From Parcubacteria group bacterium ADurb.Bin159 (GTDB lineage Bacteria; Patescibacteriota; Patescibacteriia; UBA2591; MWDC01), in contig MWDC01000002.1 of assembly GCA_002070355.1 (NCBI GenBank), positions 8,814 to 72,813 on the forward strand: 64,000 bases of DNA, in the 5' to 3' direction. The notes beneath the pieces are model-generated. The model saw nothing but the letters and a program-made list of their open reading frames with translations, was not told where the DNA came from and did not search any database. Positions 8,455 to 18,041 of the stretch are shown here, piece by piece. The translations under genes and the position numbers were made by a program. Position 1 is the stretch's first letter, and each line of letters opens with the position of its first letter.

Positions 8455-9441
8455 ATGAAAAAAGAAAACATTTGGTTAATCGTTTCTATTGTGTTGTTTA
8501 TTGGTTTAGTTGCTTCTATGTTTACTGGTGGTTTTGGTATAAAAATTAGCGGCAGTGGCGATTCTCCAGTAGAAGTAGCCGACAAGGCGGTAAAATTTAT
8601 TAATGATTACGGTTTAGGAGGAGGAGCAACTGCTTCAGTTGTGCCGGGTTCTTCAGAGTATTTAAAAAGCGACCTTTATAAATTTGGTTTAAATATAGGT
8701 GGGCAAGAATATACTTCTTATGTTTCTCGAGACGGCAAATTACTTTTTCCTAGTGTCATTGATATGGGAGAAATGTCCAAGTCCTCGCCGGAAGCAACAG
8801 CCGAAAATGAATCAGTAGAAATACCTCAGACAGAAAAGCCGGAGGTGAGATTATTTGTGATGGCTTATTGCCCTTATGGCAATCAAGCAGAAGCAGCGAT
8901 GATACCTGCGGCTAATCTCCTGAAAGACAAAGCTGATATTAGTTTAAATAGTGTTATTTATTCTGATTACGCTACAAATATGGGAGGAGAAGCCAAAGAT
9001 TGGTGTTTAGATGAAGAGCAAAAATATTGTTCTATGCATGGGATTAATGAATTAAATGAAGATATTAGAGAATTGTGTGTGGCTAAATACGAGCCGGAAA
9101 AACTTTGGGATTTTGTAGGGAAAATAAATGACGAAACAACTACTCAAGATGTGGAAACTAAATGGGAAGATATTGCCAAAGAAATGAAAATAGATGTTAA
9201 TAAAATAAAAGATTGTCAAAAAAATGAAGCGGAAAGTTTATTAGACGAACAAGTGGCTTTAAATGAAGAATATGGCATTTCCGGTTCACCTACTCTTTTA
9301 ATCAACGGAGTGAGATATCAAGGAGACCGCACTGCTGAGGCATATAAAACGGCCATTTGTCAGGCTTTTACAGAAATGCCGGAAGAATGCAAAACAACAT
9401 TAGACGAAGGAACAGTTGCTGCTCAAGGGACTTGTAACTAA
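8455..9441 (+). CDS. membrane-anchored thioredoxin-fold (DsbA-like) protein with a variant CPYG active-site motif
   Basis: An N-terminal transmembrane helix, FVMAYCPYGNQ, and GISGSPTLLINGVRYQG (thioredoxin/DsbA C-terminal signature). The second active-site Cys is replaced by Gly. Confidence 0.55.
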   Translation: MKKENIWLIVSIVLFIGLVASMFTGGFGIKISGSGDSPVEVADKAVKFINDYGLGGGATASVVPGSSEYLKSDLYKFGLNIGGQEYTSYVSRDGKLLFPSVIDMGEMSKSSPEATAENESVEIPQTEKPEVRLFVMAYCPYGNQAEAAMIPAANLLKDKADISLNSVIYSDYATNMGGEAKDWCLDEEQKYCSMHGINELNEDIRELCVAKYEPEKLWDFVGKINDETTTQDVETKWEDIAKEMKIDVNKIKDCQKNEAESLLDEQVALNEEYGISGSPTLLINGVRYQGDRTAEAYKTAICQAFTEMPEECKTTLDEGTVAAQGTCN

Positions 9442-9617
9442 TAAAAAGGATAGTTCCCACAAAGTAATCCTATAAAATCAATAAAGGGCTATCTTTTAAA
9501 AAAATAAAATAACTTGTCTTATTTTGTTTACTCTGTTTACTGACAGGCAGGCGGCAGACAGGCGTTTTTTGCCTATTTAAAAATTAATCACAAAAAATAT
9601 AAGAAAAGGAGGAAAAA

Positions 9618-10445
9618 ATGAAGCACCTTAAATCATCGAAATTATGGGATTGTCAAAGTTTTTGGTTGATTTTTTTTTGGGCTGGATTTCTTGTAATTCT
9701 ATCTTTTCAAGAACCATATTGGCGAGCAGGGAAGCAATACGCGGACATCATTAAAGAGCTGAGAGAATTGGGGTTCTCAGACAAACAAATAGATTCTATT
9801 TTTTCCGATCCCAGAATTCGGCTTCACCCGGATTTAGTTCAAAAATCAAAAGGGGTAAATGTTCCTAGTTTAATTAGTTCGAATTCCCGATTGCTATCCC
9901 AGGAGTCGGTTGCAAGAGGGAAAAAATTTTTAGAAGAAAATCGGGAATTTTTAGAAAAGATAGAATCAAAATATGGGGTGGAAAAAGAAGCAATAGTAGC
10001 GATTTTAAGGATAGAAACCGATTTTGGTAAATATTTAGGGGAATACTACGCTTTTAATATCTTTAATAGCGTAGTTTTCTATACGGATTCAGGGTTTTAC
10101 CGTTATGAATGGGCAAAGAAAGAATTAATAAGCCTCATCAAACTTTCTCAACTTTCCCAAAGAGAAAAATTTGATTATTTAGGGATTAGATCCTCATCAG
10201 CCGGCGCTATTGGGTTAGCCCAATTTTTACCCTCTAGCTATCTGCAATTTGCTGTTGATGGTAATGGAGATGGGAAAATTAATCTTTTTGAGGTAGAAGA
10301 TAGTATAGAGAGTATTGCCAATTATTTGAAAGAATCTGGTTGGCAAAAAAACAGAAATAAGGCAATTTGGCGATACAATCCCGACGAACATTACGTCGAG
10401 GGAGTTAATGTTTATGCACAAAAATTAAAAGAGGCGGATAAATAA
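9618..10445 (+). CDS. lytic murein transglycosylase (MltB family)
   Basis: GIRSSSAGAIGLAQFLPSSY..AVDGNGDGKINLFE..DSIESIANYL matches MltB-family motifs. There is a signal/TM N-terminus and a strong SD (aaaggagg) 8 nt upstream. Confidence 0.8.
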   Translation: MKHLKSSKLWDCQSFWLIFFWAGFLVILSFQEPYWRAGKQYADIIKELRELGFSDKQIDSIFSDPRIRLHPDLVQKSKGVNVPSLISSNSRLLSQESVARGKKFLEENREFLEKIESKYGVEKEAIVAILRIETDFGKYLGEYYAFNIFNSVVFYTDSGFYRYEWAKKELISLIKLSQLSQREKFDYLGIRSSSAGAIGLAQFLPSSYLQFAVDGNGDGKINLFEVEDSIESIANYLKESGWQKNRNKAIWRYNPDEHYVEGVNVYAQKLKEADK

Positions 10446-10476
10446 TCCGTCTTTTTGTTTGACATCTATTATTTAG

Positions 10477-11868
10477 ATGATATATTTTAAATATATGCAA
10501 AAGCCATCTCTTTTTTTTACCGTGTTAAAAGTTCCACTTGATTGGTTGATGCTTATTCTATCCGGTCTTTTTGTTTATTGGTTGCGTTTTATCGCTTTGG
10601 CTAATCGATGGCCAGTAGTTTTTGAGATAAAATTTCTTGATTATTTTTTAATTTTAATTATTTTAGCCTTTGTTTGGGTAGGCCTTTTTGCTATTAGCGG
10701 TCTTTACCAAACCAAAAGAATACATTTTTCCAAAGAAGCCCTAAAAATATTTTTAGCTTCTTCCATTGGCATTATTTTTCTTTTTTTAGTTAGTTTCTTT
10801 TCTAGAGAATTAATTCCCTCTCGATTTATTATTATTGCTTTTTGGTTTTTTTCTATTATTTTTGTTTGTTGGGGAAGAATTTTTATCCATTATTTACTGA
10901 ATAATCAATTTAAAAAAGGAAAAGGACTGGAGCCGATTATTATTTTAGGGAAAAATGAAATAGCGCAGCGTTTAATCACAATTATTAATAAAAATCCGAA
11001 TTTAGGATATAAAGTAATTGATAATCTCTCTTCAGTATTTCTTTTAAAAGAAAAATGGCAAGGCAAAGAAAGAAGAATAAATCAAATTATTCAAGCAGAT
11101 CCAAATATTAGTTCCGAAGAATTAAAAACTATTATTGATTTTTGTGTGGAAAATCAAATTATTTTTAGATACATTCCTGATTTAGTTGGTTTAGTTAGTC
11201 CGAAAATGGAGTTAGATTTTTTGGGAGGATTTCCTATAATGGAGATTAAGGAAAGTGTTTGTCAGGGTTGGGGGAGTGTAGCTAAAGATATTTTTGATCT
11301 CATCGTCTCTGATATTATTGTCACCTTGCTTTTACCTGTTTTTGTTATTATTATTTTGGCTATTAAATTAGATTCACCTGGTCCGGCTTTTGTTACTTTA
11401 ACTCGTCTTGGAGCAAGAGGAAAGCCATTCGGGCTTTTCAAATTCCGTTCTATGATAAAGGATGCAGATAAAATGAAAGAACAATTAGCCGCTTTAAATG
11501 AAAGAGAGGGACCTCTTTTTAAAATTAAAAACGACCCGCGAATTACGCGAGTAGGTAAAGTTTTACGCCGTTTAAGTTTAGATGAATTACCTCAATTTTT
11601 TAATGTTTTAAGGGGAGAAATGAGTTTAGTTGGCCCGCGGCCCCATGAGCCCGGAGAAGTGGCTAAATATGAAACTTGGCATAAAAAATTATTAAATGTC
11701 AAACCGGGCATAACCGGTTTAGCTCAAATTTCCGGTCGTTCAGATTTGAGTTTTGAAGAAGAGGCGCGGCTTGATTTATATTATCTTCAAAATTGGTCTT
11801 TTTTGTTTGATTTAGAAATTTTAATTAAAACTATCCCTGCGGTCTTAAACTTTAAACATTCTGCTTAA
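10477..11868 (+). CDS. polyprenyl-phosphate glycosylphosphotransferase (WbaP/bacterial sugar transferase family)
   Basis: 463 aa with an N-terminal multi-TM region. C-terminal motifs KFRSM..KNDPRITRVGKVLRRLSLDELPQFFNVLRGEMSLVGPRP are characteristic of this family. Confidence 0.85.
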   Translation: MIYFKYMQKPSLFFTVLKVPLDWLMLILSGLFVYWLRFIALANRWPVVFEIKFLDYFLILIILAFVWVGLFAISGLYQTKRIHFSKEALKIFLASSIGIIFLFLVSFFSRELIPSRFIIIAFWFFSIIFVCWGRIFIHYLLNNQFKKGKGLEPIIILGKNEIAQRLITIINKNPNLGYKVIDNLSSVFLLKEKWQGKERRINQIIQADPNISSEELKTIIDFCVENQIIFRYIPDLVGLVSPKMELDFLGGFPIMEIKESVCQGWGSVAKDIFDLIVSDIIVTLLLPVFVIIILAIKLDSPGPAFVTLTRLGARGKPFGLFKFRSMIKDADKMKEQLAALNEREGPLFKIKNDPRITRVGKVLRRLSLDELPQFFNVLRGEMSLVGPRPHEPGEVAKYETWHKKLLNVKPGITGLAQISGRSDLSFEEEARLDLYYLQNWSFLFDLEILIKTIPAVLNFKHSA

Positions 11869-11973
11869 ATGGGGTCTCCGCTTAAATGGGGTCAGACCCC
11901 CAAAACCAACCTCCGGAAAGCCGCATAAATAAAAGGATATCTTTCAAATTTTTAAAAATGGCACGATTTTGAT
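11863..11973 (+). repeat. modular intergenic repeat, copy D (partial: tandem 14-mer, M2, M3, M5)
   Basis: gcttaaatggggtc occurs twice (11863-11876, 11880-11893). M2 GGGGTCAGACCCCC (11888-11901); M3 ccgcataaataaaagg (11921-11936) in the opposite orientation relative to M2/M5 compared with copy A; M5 aaaaatggcacgattttgat (11954-11973). Confidence 0.75.
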
Positions 11974-11994
11974 TAAAATGATTAAAAAGACATC

Positions 11995-12023
11995 TTGATT
12001 TAAAAAATAAAATTTGTTATATT
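11995..12023 (+). promoter_or_regulatory. promoter TTGATT-N17-TATATT; the -10 box ends 6 nt before the ATG at 12030 (leaderless)
   Basis: ttgatt at 11995-12000 and tatatt at 12018-12023. Confidence 0.45.
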
Positions 12024-12029
12024 TATTTT

Positions 12030-12479
12030 ATGCCACGAAATTGTGTTTTTTGTAAAATTATTCAAGGGGAAATTCCTGCTGTAAAAATTTGGGAAGATAA
12101 AAATTATTTGGCGATTTTAGATTTAAATCCAAATACTGAAGGGATGACTTTGGTTTTACCTAAAAAACATTATTCTTCCGATGCTTTTAATATGCCGGAG
12201 AAAGAATATAAAAATTTTTTTATCGCCGGCAGGAAGATGGCAAAATTATTAAAAAGAAAATTAAAAGTAAAAAGAGTGGCTTTGGTTATGGAGGGAATGG
12301 GGGTTGACCATGCTCATCTTAAATTATATCCCCTTTATGGTTTGGAGAAAAATTTTGTTTCTATTACTCCTGCTCAAAAAATATTTTTTGAAAAATATCC
12401 CGGCTATTTAACTACTCAATTAGGCCCTCAAAAATCATTAAAAGAATTAGAAAAAACAGCCAAAAAAATTAGAAAATAA
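12030..12479 (+). CDS. HIT-family (histidine triad) hydrolase
   Basis: 149 aa. N-terminus CVFCKII.GEIPA, and a His triad region VDHAHLKLYP. Confidence 0.8.
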   Translation: MPRNCVFCKIIQGEIPAVKIWEDKNYLAILDLNPNTEGMTLVLPKKHYSSDAFNMPEKEYKNFFIAGRKMAKLLKRKLKVKRVALVMEGMGVDHAHLKLYPLYGLEKNFVSITPAQKIFFEKYPGYLTTQLGPQKSLKELEKTAKKIRK

Positions 12480-12496
12480 AATTTTACATTATTATT

Positions 12497-13783
12497 ATGT
12501 CCAACAAACAATGGACCAAAATTATTATAGTTTTAGTTATAGTCATTTTTGCCATACTTGTAGATATTCCTCGGCTTCCTTCCTGGGTGCCGGGTTATAA
12601 ATGGTTTAGCGACTTGAAGGTGCATTTAGGCCTTGATTTGCAAGGGGGGATACATCTTATTTACGAAACAGACACAACTAACATTCCGGAAGAAGATAAA
12701 GAATATGCTGTGGAAGGAGCGCGCGACGTTATTGAAAAGCGGGTAAATGTTTTTGGTGTTGGTGAACCCCAAATTCAAACGGCTAAAACTGGTTCAGAAT
12801 GGCGGATTATTGTGGAATTGCCGGGAATTAGCGACGTAGGAGAAGCGTTAGAAATAATTGGCCAGACACCCACTTTAGAGTTTAGGGAACCCGGAGATTT
12901 ATCATCTCTTACTGAGGAGCAAATTTCTTCGATTTCTTCTTGGGTTTATACTGGTTTATCGGGACAGCAGCTTAAAATGGCGCGTTTGTCTTTTGATCAG
13001 CAAAACAGACCGCAAGTGTCTTTAGAATTTAATGAAGAAGGGACAAAATTGTTTAAAGAAATAACCGAAAGGAACATTGGTAAACCTGTGGCTATATTTT
13101 TAGATGGCGCTCCTTTAAGTATTCCCACCGTTCAAGAGGCCATTCCTTCCGGGCAAGCGGTAATTACCGGAGATTTTTCTATAACCGAAGCCAAAGAATT
13201 AGCCGAACGTTTAGCTGCTGGCGCTTTGCCTGTACCTATTAAATTAATTTCGCAACAACATATTGGCCCGACATTGGGGAAAATTTCTTTAGAACAAAGT
13301 TTTTTCGCCGGCTTGTTGGGTTTAATTTTGGTTATGGTCTTTATGATTTATTTTTATAAAGGCAAAGGGGTGTGCGCTTCTTTGGCGTTAATTATTTATT
13401 GCTTAATAAATTTGGCAATTTTTAAATTAATCCCCGTTACTTTAACTTTAGCCGGTATTGCCGGATTTATTCTTTCCATAGGTATGGCTGTTGACGCTAA
13501 TGTTTTAATTTTTGAACAGATTAAAGACGAAGAAGAACAAGGGAAAAATTCGTTAGTTGCTCTTAATTCAGGGTTTCGCCACGCTTGGACAGCTATTCGC
13601 GACAGCAATATCACTACATTAATAGTGTGTTTTATTCTTTATGAATTCGGTACCGGATTAATTAGGGGATTTGGCTTGACCTTAGGTATTGGCGTAGCTG
13701 TTAGTATGTTCTCTGCACTTACTATAACAAGAATAATATTAGAGATATTTTATCAACCAAAAATTAAAACAGTGAAAGTATAA
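12497..13783 (+). CDS. secD: protein translocase subunit SecD
   Basis: LGLDLQGGIHLIYE is the SecD periplasmic P1 head motif. There are six C-terminal TM helices, and it lies immediately upstream of secF. Confidence 0.9.
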   Translation: MSNKQWTKIIIVLVIVIFAILVDIPRLPSWVPGYKWFSDLKVHLGLDLQGGIHLIYETDTTNIPEEDKEYAVEGARDVIEKRVNVFGVGEPQIQTAKTGSEWRIIVELPGISDVGEALEIIGQTPTLEFREPGDLSSLTEEQISSISSWVYTGLSGQQLKMARLSFDQQNRPQVSLEFNEEGTKLFKEITERNIGKPVAIFLDGAPLSIPTVQEAIPSGQAVITGDFSITEAKELAERLAAGALPVPIKLISQQHIGPTLGKISLEQSFFAGLLGLILVMVFMIYFYKGKGVCASLALIIYCLINLAIFKLIPVTLTLAGIAGFILSIGMAVDANVLIFEQIKDEEEQGKNSLVALNSGFRHAWTAIRDSNITTLIVCFILYEFGTGLIRGFGLTLGIGVAVSMFSALTITRIILEIFYQPKIKTVKV

Positions 13784-13785
13784 TT

Positions 13786-14727
13786 TTGATATATTTTATG
13801 TTTTCCATTGTTTCAAAAAGAAAAATTTTTTTTAGCATATCAGCGGTTGTTTGTTTAGCGGCAATTTTATGTTTGATTATTTGCCCCCTGAAATTAGGTA
13901 TTGATTTTACTGGTGGAGCAATGATTGAATTGTCCTTTGAAGAAAGGCCGTCAATAGAACAAATTAAAGAAAAGCTCAATTCTTTTAATTTAGGAGAAGT
14001 AAAAATCAGTCAAACAGGAGAGAATGGTTATCTTTTAAGATTTAAAGAAATTGACGAGCAAACTCACCAAGAAATTCTTAAAGTATTAACCGGCGCTAAA
14101 GAGGAAAGATATGAAATTGTTGGGCCGACTATTGGGCAAGAAGTAAAAACAAAAGCGAAAACAGCGATTATTTTGTCAGTTATTCTTATATTTGTTTATA
14201 TTGTTTGGGCTTTTCGTAAAATATCACGTTTTTTTGGCAGGCAGGAATCATGGCGTTATGGAGCAGGAGCAATTTTAGCCTTAGTTCATGATATGTTGAT
14301 TATGTGTGGATTTTTTGCTTTGCTCGGTTTTTTGAAGGGAACAGAAGTGGACACGCTTTTTATTAGCGCCTTATTAACGATTTTAGGATATTCAGTCAAT
14401 GATACTATTGTTATTTATGACCGCATTAGGGAAAACACCCTTCTCTACGGCAGAGATAATTTTGAAGAGGTGGTTAATCTTTCTTTAAACGAATCTTTAG
14501 TTCGTTCTTTAAATACTTCTTTAACTACTCTTTTAGTGGTTTTGACCATTGCTTTATTTACTGGTTCAAGTACTCAAATATTTGCTTTAGCTTTAGCTGT
14601 GGGTATTATATCCGGTACTTGGTCTACTATTGCCATTGCTACACCCTTTGTCCTTTTGGGCCACACCAAAAAGGGGACAGTCCCCAAAAGTCGACCTTCG
14701 CAAACCCGCATAAACATTGGCTTTTAG
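13786..14727 (+). CDS. secF: protein translocase subunit SecF
   Basis: LGIDFTGG motif with an RND-like TM region. The last ~15 codons (GTVPKSRPSQTRINIGF) run into repeat E. Confidence 0.9.
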   Translation: MIYFMFSIVSKRKIFFSISAVVCLAAILCLIICPLKLGIDFTGGAMIELSFEERPSIEQIKEKLNSFNLGEVKISQTGENGYLLRFKEIDEQTHQEILKVLTGAKEERYEIVGPTIGQEVKTKAKTAIILSVILIFVYIVWAFRKISRFFGRQESWRYGAGAILALVHDMLIMCGFFALLGFLKGTEVDTLFISALLTILGYSVNDTIVIYDRIRENTLLYGRDNFEEVVNLSLNESLVRSLNTSLTTLLVVLTIALFTGSSTQIFALALAVGIISGTWSTIAIATPFVLLGHTKKGTVPKSRPSQTRINIGF

Positions 14728-14918
14728 GACGAATTTTAAAAATTAGGGCTGTGAACCCTAAATTTGCAAAATTGCTTAAATTGGTCAAAAAATATAATTT
14801 TTATTTTAAATAAACAAAATTCTGAAAATTAGGGTTGTGAACCCTAATTTTGAAAAAATGCCTTTGAAACGCAGATGAATAAAGGCTTTTGGAGGGGCGG
14901 AAACGGGGGACTGTCCCC
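14673..14918 (+). repeat. modular intergenic repeat element, copy E (canonical long form)
   Basis: M1 (14673-14685); M3 variant aaacccgcataaacattggc (14702-14721); M4 tagggctgtgaaccctaa (14744-14761); promoter-like TTGCTT-N15-TATAAT (14772-14798); M4 (14830-14847); cgcagatgaataaaggc (14870-14886); M1 (14905-14918). It is co-linear with copy B. Confidence 0.85.
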
Positions 14919-14931
14919 AAAATAATAGAAT

Positions 14932-16527
14932 ATGATTCAAGCGATTATATTAGGCATTTTAGGACTTGTCTTTTTTTTCATTGGCGTTTTTGAATTGAAT
15001 TCTGTTGTCCAGAAAATCTTTAATTTTAGAATCAGACAATATCTTCAATCGGTTAATAAAAATCGATTTTTCGGCGCTATTTTTGGTTTTATTTTAACCG
15101 CTCTTCTTCAAAGCAGTTCAGTGGCAAGTGTTTTAATCATAGCTTTAGTCAACGCTGGACTTTTGAATTTTCTCGGGTCTTTACCTATTATTTTGGGTAT
15201 AGGAGTTGGTTCAACTATTGCTCCGGCTTTAGTCGCTTTTAAAATAACTAATATTGCCCCCATTTTTATTATTATTGGGGGTTTTTTATATCTTTTTTCA
15301 AAAAAAGATAAATTGCAATCTTTGGGACAGGCATTTTTATACTTTGGTTTATTATTTTTTGGGTTAGATTTAATTGGCGAAGCAGCGGAGCCCATAAAAA
15401 ATAGCGCTTTTTTTATGAGATTGGCTCAGGAAGGAATGTCTCCATTTTTTGGTTTGCTGTTTGGCATAATTTTTACCGCTATTATTCAAAGCAGCGTAGT
15501 GCCTATTGGGCTTTTAGTTATTTTAGCCGGAGAAGGTTTAGTCGGTTTAAACCTTGCTCTACCTATTATTTTAGGAGCGAATATTGGCACTACATTTAGC
15601 GCAATTTTAGTTAGTTTGAAAGAAAATTTAGCCGCTAAAAGAACAGCTTTATTTTATTTAATTTTTAAAATTATTGGTGTAATTATTATTTTTCCTTTTT
15701 TAGGACTATTCACTTCCTTTTTAGAAAAAATTTTTCCTTCTTTACCGTTTCAAATTATTGGCGCTCATTTCTTTTTCAATTTGTTTTTATTTTTAATTTT
15801 TATTTTTTTGACAGAAGCAATAGGAAAGATTATAAAACAAATTTTACCCGGGGAAGAGAAAGTATTGCCCCTTTTTCCTATTTATTTAGATAAGCGTTTA
15901 ACCGAATATCCATCTCAATCTTTTTCTGTTGTTTTAGAAGAATTGTCTCGGGCGGTTATTTTAATAAAAGAAATGTTTGAAGAAACGGAAAATCTTTTTA
16001 TAAATTTTAAACCTTCTGATTTTAAAAGAATAGATTATATTGAAGTAGTTATAGATGAATTACAAGACGAGATTTTGGATTTTTTGAATTGCCTTAAAAA
16101 AGAAAAATTAACGCAAAAAGACGTAAAAAAAGCAATCTGTTTAGCGACCATTACTGATGAGTTAGAAAGAATAGGTGATAGGATATTAAATGTGGCAAAA
16201 TTGGCTCGGCTTAAAGCAAAAAAAGAAGTTGTTTTTTCTCAAGAAGCAGAGGAAGAAATTAAGGGCATTTTATCTATGCTTAAAAATAGTTTTTCTATTT
16301 TAGAAAAAGCAATTTCTTCTTTAAGTCCTAATTATCTTAATGACATATTAGCGCAAAAAAAAGATTTTGAAGAAAAAATATCTTCAGCTTTGAATAACCA
16401 TCTTGAAAGATTTTATGAGAGAAAATGCCCAATGGCTGATAGCACTATTTTTAATAATATTCTTATTAATTTTCGGGAAATTTATAATCATTGTTTGAAA
16501 ATAATTCAAACACTTACGATGATATAG
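14932..16527 (+). CDS. Na+/phosphate cotransporter family protein (NptA-like) with a C-terminal PhoU-like domain
   Basis: Duplicated QSSS motifs (TALLQSSSVASVL / AIIQSSVVPIG) within a polytopic N-terminal half, and an alpha-helical PhoU-like C-terminus. Confidence 0.8.
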   Translation: MIQAIILGILGLVFFFIGVFELNSVVQKIFNFRIRQYLQSVNKNRFFGAIFGFILTALLQSSSVASVLIIALVNAGLLNFLGSLPIILGIGVGSTIAPALVAFKITNIAPIFIIIGGFLYLFSKKDKLQSLGQAFLYFGLLFFGLDLIGEAAEPIKNSAFFMRLAQEGMSPFFGLLFGIIFTAIIQSSVVPIGLLVILAGEGLVGLNLALPIILGANIGTTFSAILVSLKENLAAKRTALFYLIFKIIGVIIIFPFLGLFTSFLEKIFPSLPFQIIGAHFFFNLFLFLIFIFLTEAIGKIIKQILPGEEKVLPLFPIYLDKRLTEYPSQSFSVVLEELSRAVILIKEMFEETENLFINFKPSDFKRIDYIEVVIDELQDEILDFLNCLKKEKLTQKDVKKAICLATITDELERIGDRILNVAKLARLKAKKEVVFSQEAEEEIKGILSMLKNSFSILEKAISSLSPNYLNDILAQKKDFEEKISSALNNHLERFYERKCPMADSTIFNNILINFREIYNHCLKIIQTLTMI

Positions 16528-16561
16528 TAAAATTATTTTAATAAGAATTTTTAGATAATTT

Positions 16562-16585
16562 TCTGGTTTTAAGCCAGATTTTTTG
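16562..16585 (+). terminator. weak intrinsic terminator (tctgg-ttttaag-ccaga + T7)
   Basis: A 5-bp stem at 16562-16578 followed by tttttt, 35 nt after the transporter stop. Confidence 0.35.
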
Positions 16586-16594
16586 TTTTAAAAG

Positions 16595-16679
16595 TTATCC
16601 ACAGAAAGGACTTGTTTTGTGGTAAAAAATGGTGTATAATGTAAGCGCTGTGGAAATCTGTGGATAAAAGTGGGGATAA
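16595..16679. promoter_or_regulatory. DnaA-box cluster upstream of mraZ: TTATCCACA (16595-16603) plus three inverted boxes phased about 10-11 bp apart (tgtggaaat 16649-16657, tgtggataa 16659-16667, tggggataa 16671-16679)
   Basis: One box is a perfect match and one is the exact reverse complement of the TTATCCACA consensus; the other two have 1-2 mismatches. An extended -10 box tgtgtataat (16631-16640) lies between them. Confidence 0.6.
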
Positions 16680-16740
16680 CTCAAAATTTTAGAGGATAAG
16701 TTCCAAAAAACTATTATTTCTGCTTTTTTAACTTTTTATT

Positions 16741-17172
16741 ATGTTTATTGGTGAATATCATTATTTAATAGACGATAAAAATAGATTATCTATTCCAGTA
16801 AAATTTCGAAGCTACTTTAATAAAGGAGCAGTAATTACTCGAGGAATAGATAATTGTTTGACTCTTTATCCATTAGTTGAGTGGAAAAAAGTAGCAGAAA
16901 AATTAGTTAATCTTCCCACAAATCAAGCTAAACCACGAGCTTTTGCCCGTTTAATGTTAGCCGGAGCCATGGATGTTAAATTAGATTCTTTGGGCAGAAT
17001 TGTTTTGCCTGATTATTTAAAAAAATACGCTGGGTTAAAAAAAGAAATAGTCATTAGCGGCCTTTATAATAAGTTAGAAATTTGGGATGAGGTAAAATGG
17101 GAAGAAGTAAAAGCAAAAGCCGAATCTTCCAGCATTGACATTGCCGAAACATTAGGAGAAATGGGAGTATGA
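16741..17172 (+). CDS. mraZ: division/cell-wall cluster transcriptional regulator MraZ
   Basis: 143 aa. MFIGEYHYLIDDKNRLSIPVKFR and a second DXXXR-type repeat; it overlaps rsmH by 4 nt. Confidence 0.9.
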   Translation: MFIGEYHYLIDDKNRLSIPVKFRSYFNKGAVITRGIDNCLTLYPLVEWKKVAEKLVNLPTNQAKPRAFARLMLAGAMDVKLDSLGRIVLPDYLKKYAGLKKEIVISGLYNKLEIWDEVKWEEVKAKAESSSIDIAETLGEMGV

Positions 17173-18041
17173 AACACCTTCCTGTTCTTTTAAAAGAAAC
17201 AATACAATTTTTAGCTCCTTGTCCTAACGAGAATTTTATTGACGCGACTATCGGTGGAGGGGGGCATAGCTTGGCTATTTTAGAAAAAACAAAGTCAAAA
17301 GGAAAAGTTTTAGGTATTGATTGGTCATTAGAAGCTATTACTGAACTTGAACAGCAAAAAAAGAATAAACTGGATATTTCATCAAGATTGATTCTGGTGG
17401 CAGACAATTTTATAAATATTGCCGCTATTGCCCATAAATTAAATTTTAAACCTATCCATGGCATTTTATTTGATTTAGGATTGTCAACTGATATTTTAGA
17501 AAGCAAACGAGGATTTTCTTTTAAAGACAATGAGCCATTAGATATGCGCTATAATCCGAAGATGACAGATTTAACTGCTAGCCACATTTTGAATACAGCG
17601 AGCGAAAAAGAAATTTATTATATTTTAAAAAATTTTGGCGAAGAAAAATATTCTTACAAGATTGCTAAAACCATCATCTTCCTGCGCCAAAAAGAACCTT
17701 TTACCACCACCAAACAATTAAAAATAGCCGTAATTAAAGCCACTAAGCAAAATTTTAATATTAAAATTTTAGCCAGAGTTTTCCAGGCATTAAGAATCGT
17801 GGTAAATAAAGAATTGGAAAATTTAGAAAAAGCATTAGATGATTCTTTCAATATTTTGGCGGAAAACGGTAGAATAGTGGTTATTAGCTATCATTCTTTA
17901 GAAGATAGAATTGTTAAAAATAAATTTAAACAGGCAAAAAATTTTAAGATATTAACCAAAAAACCGATTATACCGAAAGAAGAAGAAATAAAAAATAATC
18001 CTCGTTCCCGCAGCGCTAAACTTCGAGCTATTAAAAAATGA
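17169..18041 (+). CDS. rsmH: 16S rRNA (cytosine1402-N4)-methyltransferase
   Basis: MKHLPVLLKE..DATIGGGGHS SAM-binding motif. It follows mraZ. Confidence 0.9.
   Translation: MKHLPVLLKETIQFLAPCPNENFIDATIGGGGHSLAILEKTKSKGKVLGIDWSLEAITELEQQKKNKLDISSRLILVADNFINIAAIAHKLNFKPIHGILFDLGLSTDILESKRGFSFKDNEPLDMRYNPKMTDLTASHILNTASEKEIYYILKNFGEEKYSYKIAKTIIFLRQKEPFTTTKQLKIAVIKATKQNFNIKILARVFQALRIVVNKELENLEKALDDSFNILAENGRIVVISYHSLEDRIVKNKFKQAKNFKILTKKPIIPKEEEIKNNPRSRSAKLRAIKK

Noticed and set aside
14619-14813. 64-aa ORF inside repeat element E
   Set aside because: It is read through palindromic repeat modules. The same modules elsewhere are in other frames and orientations.
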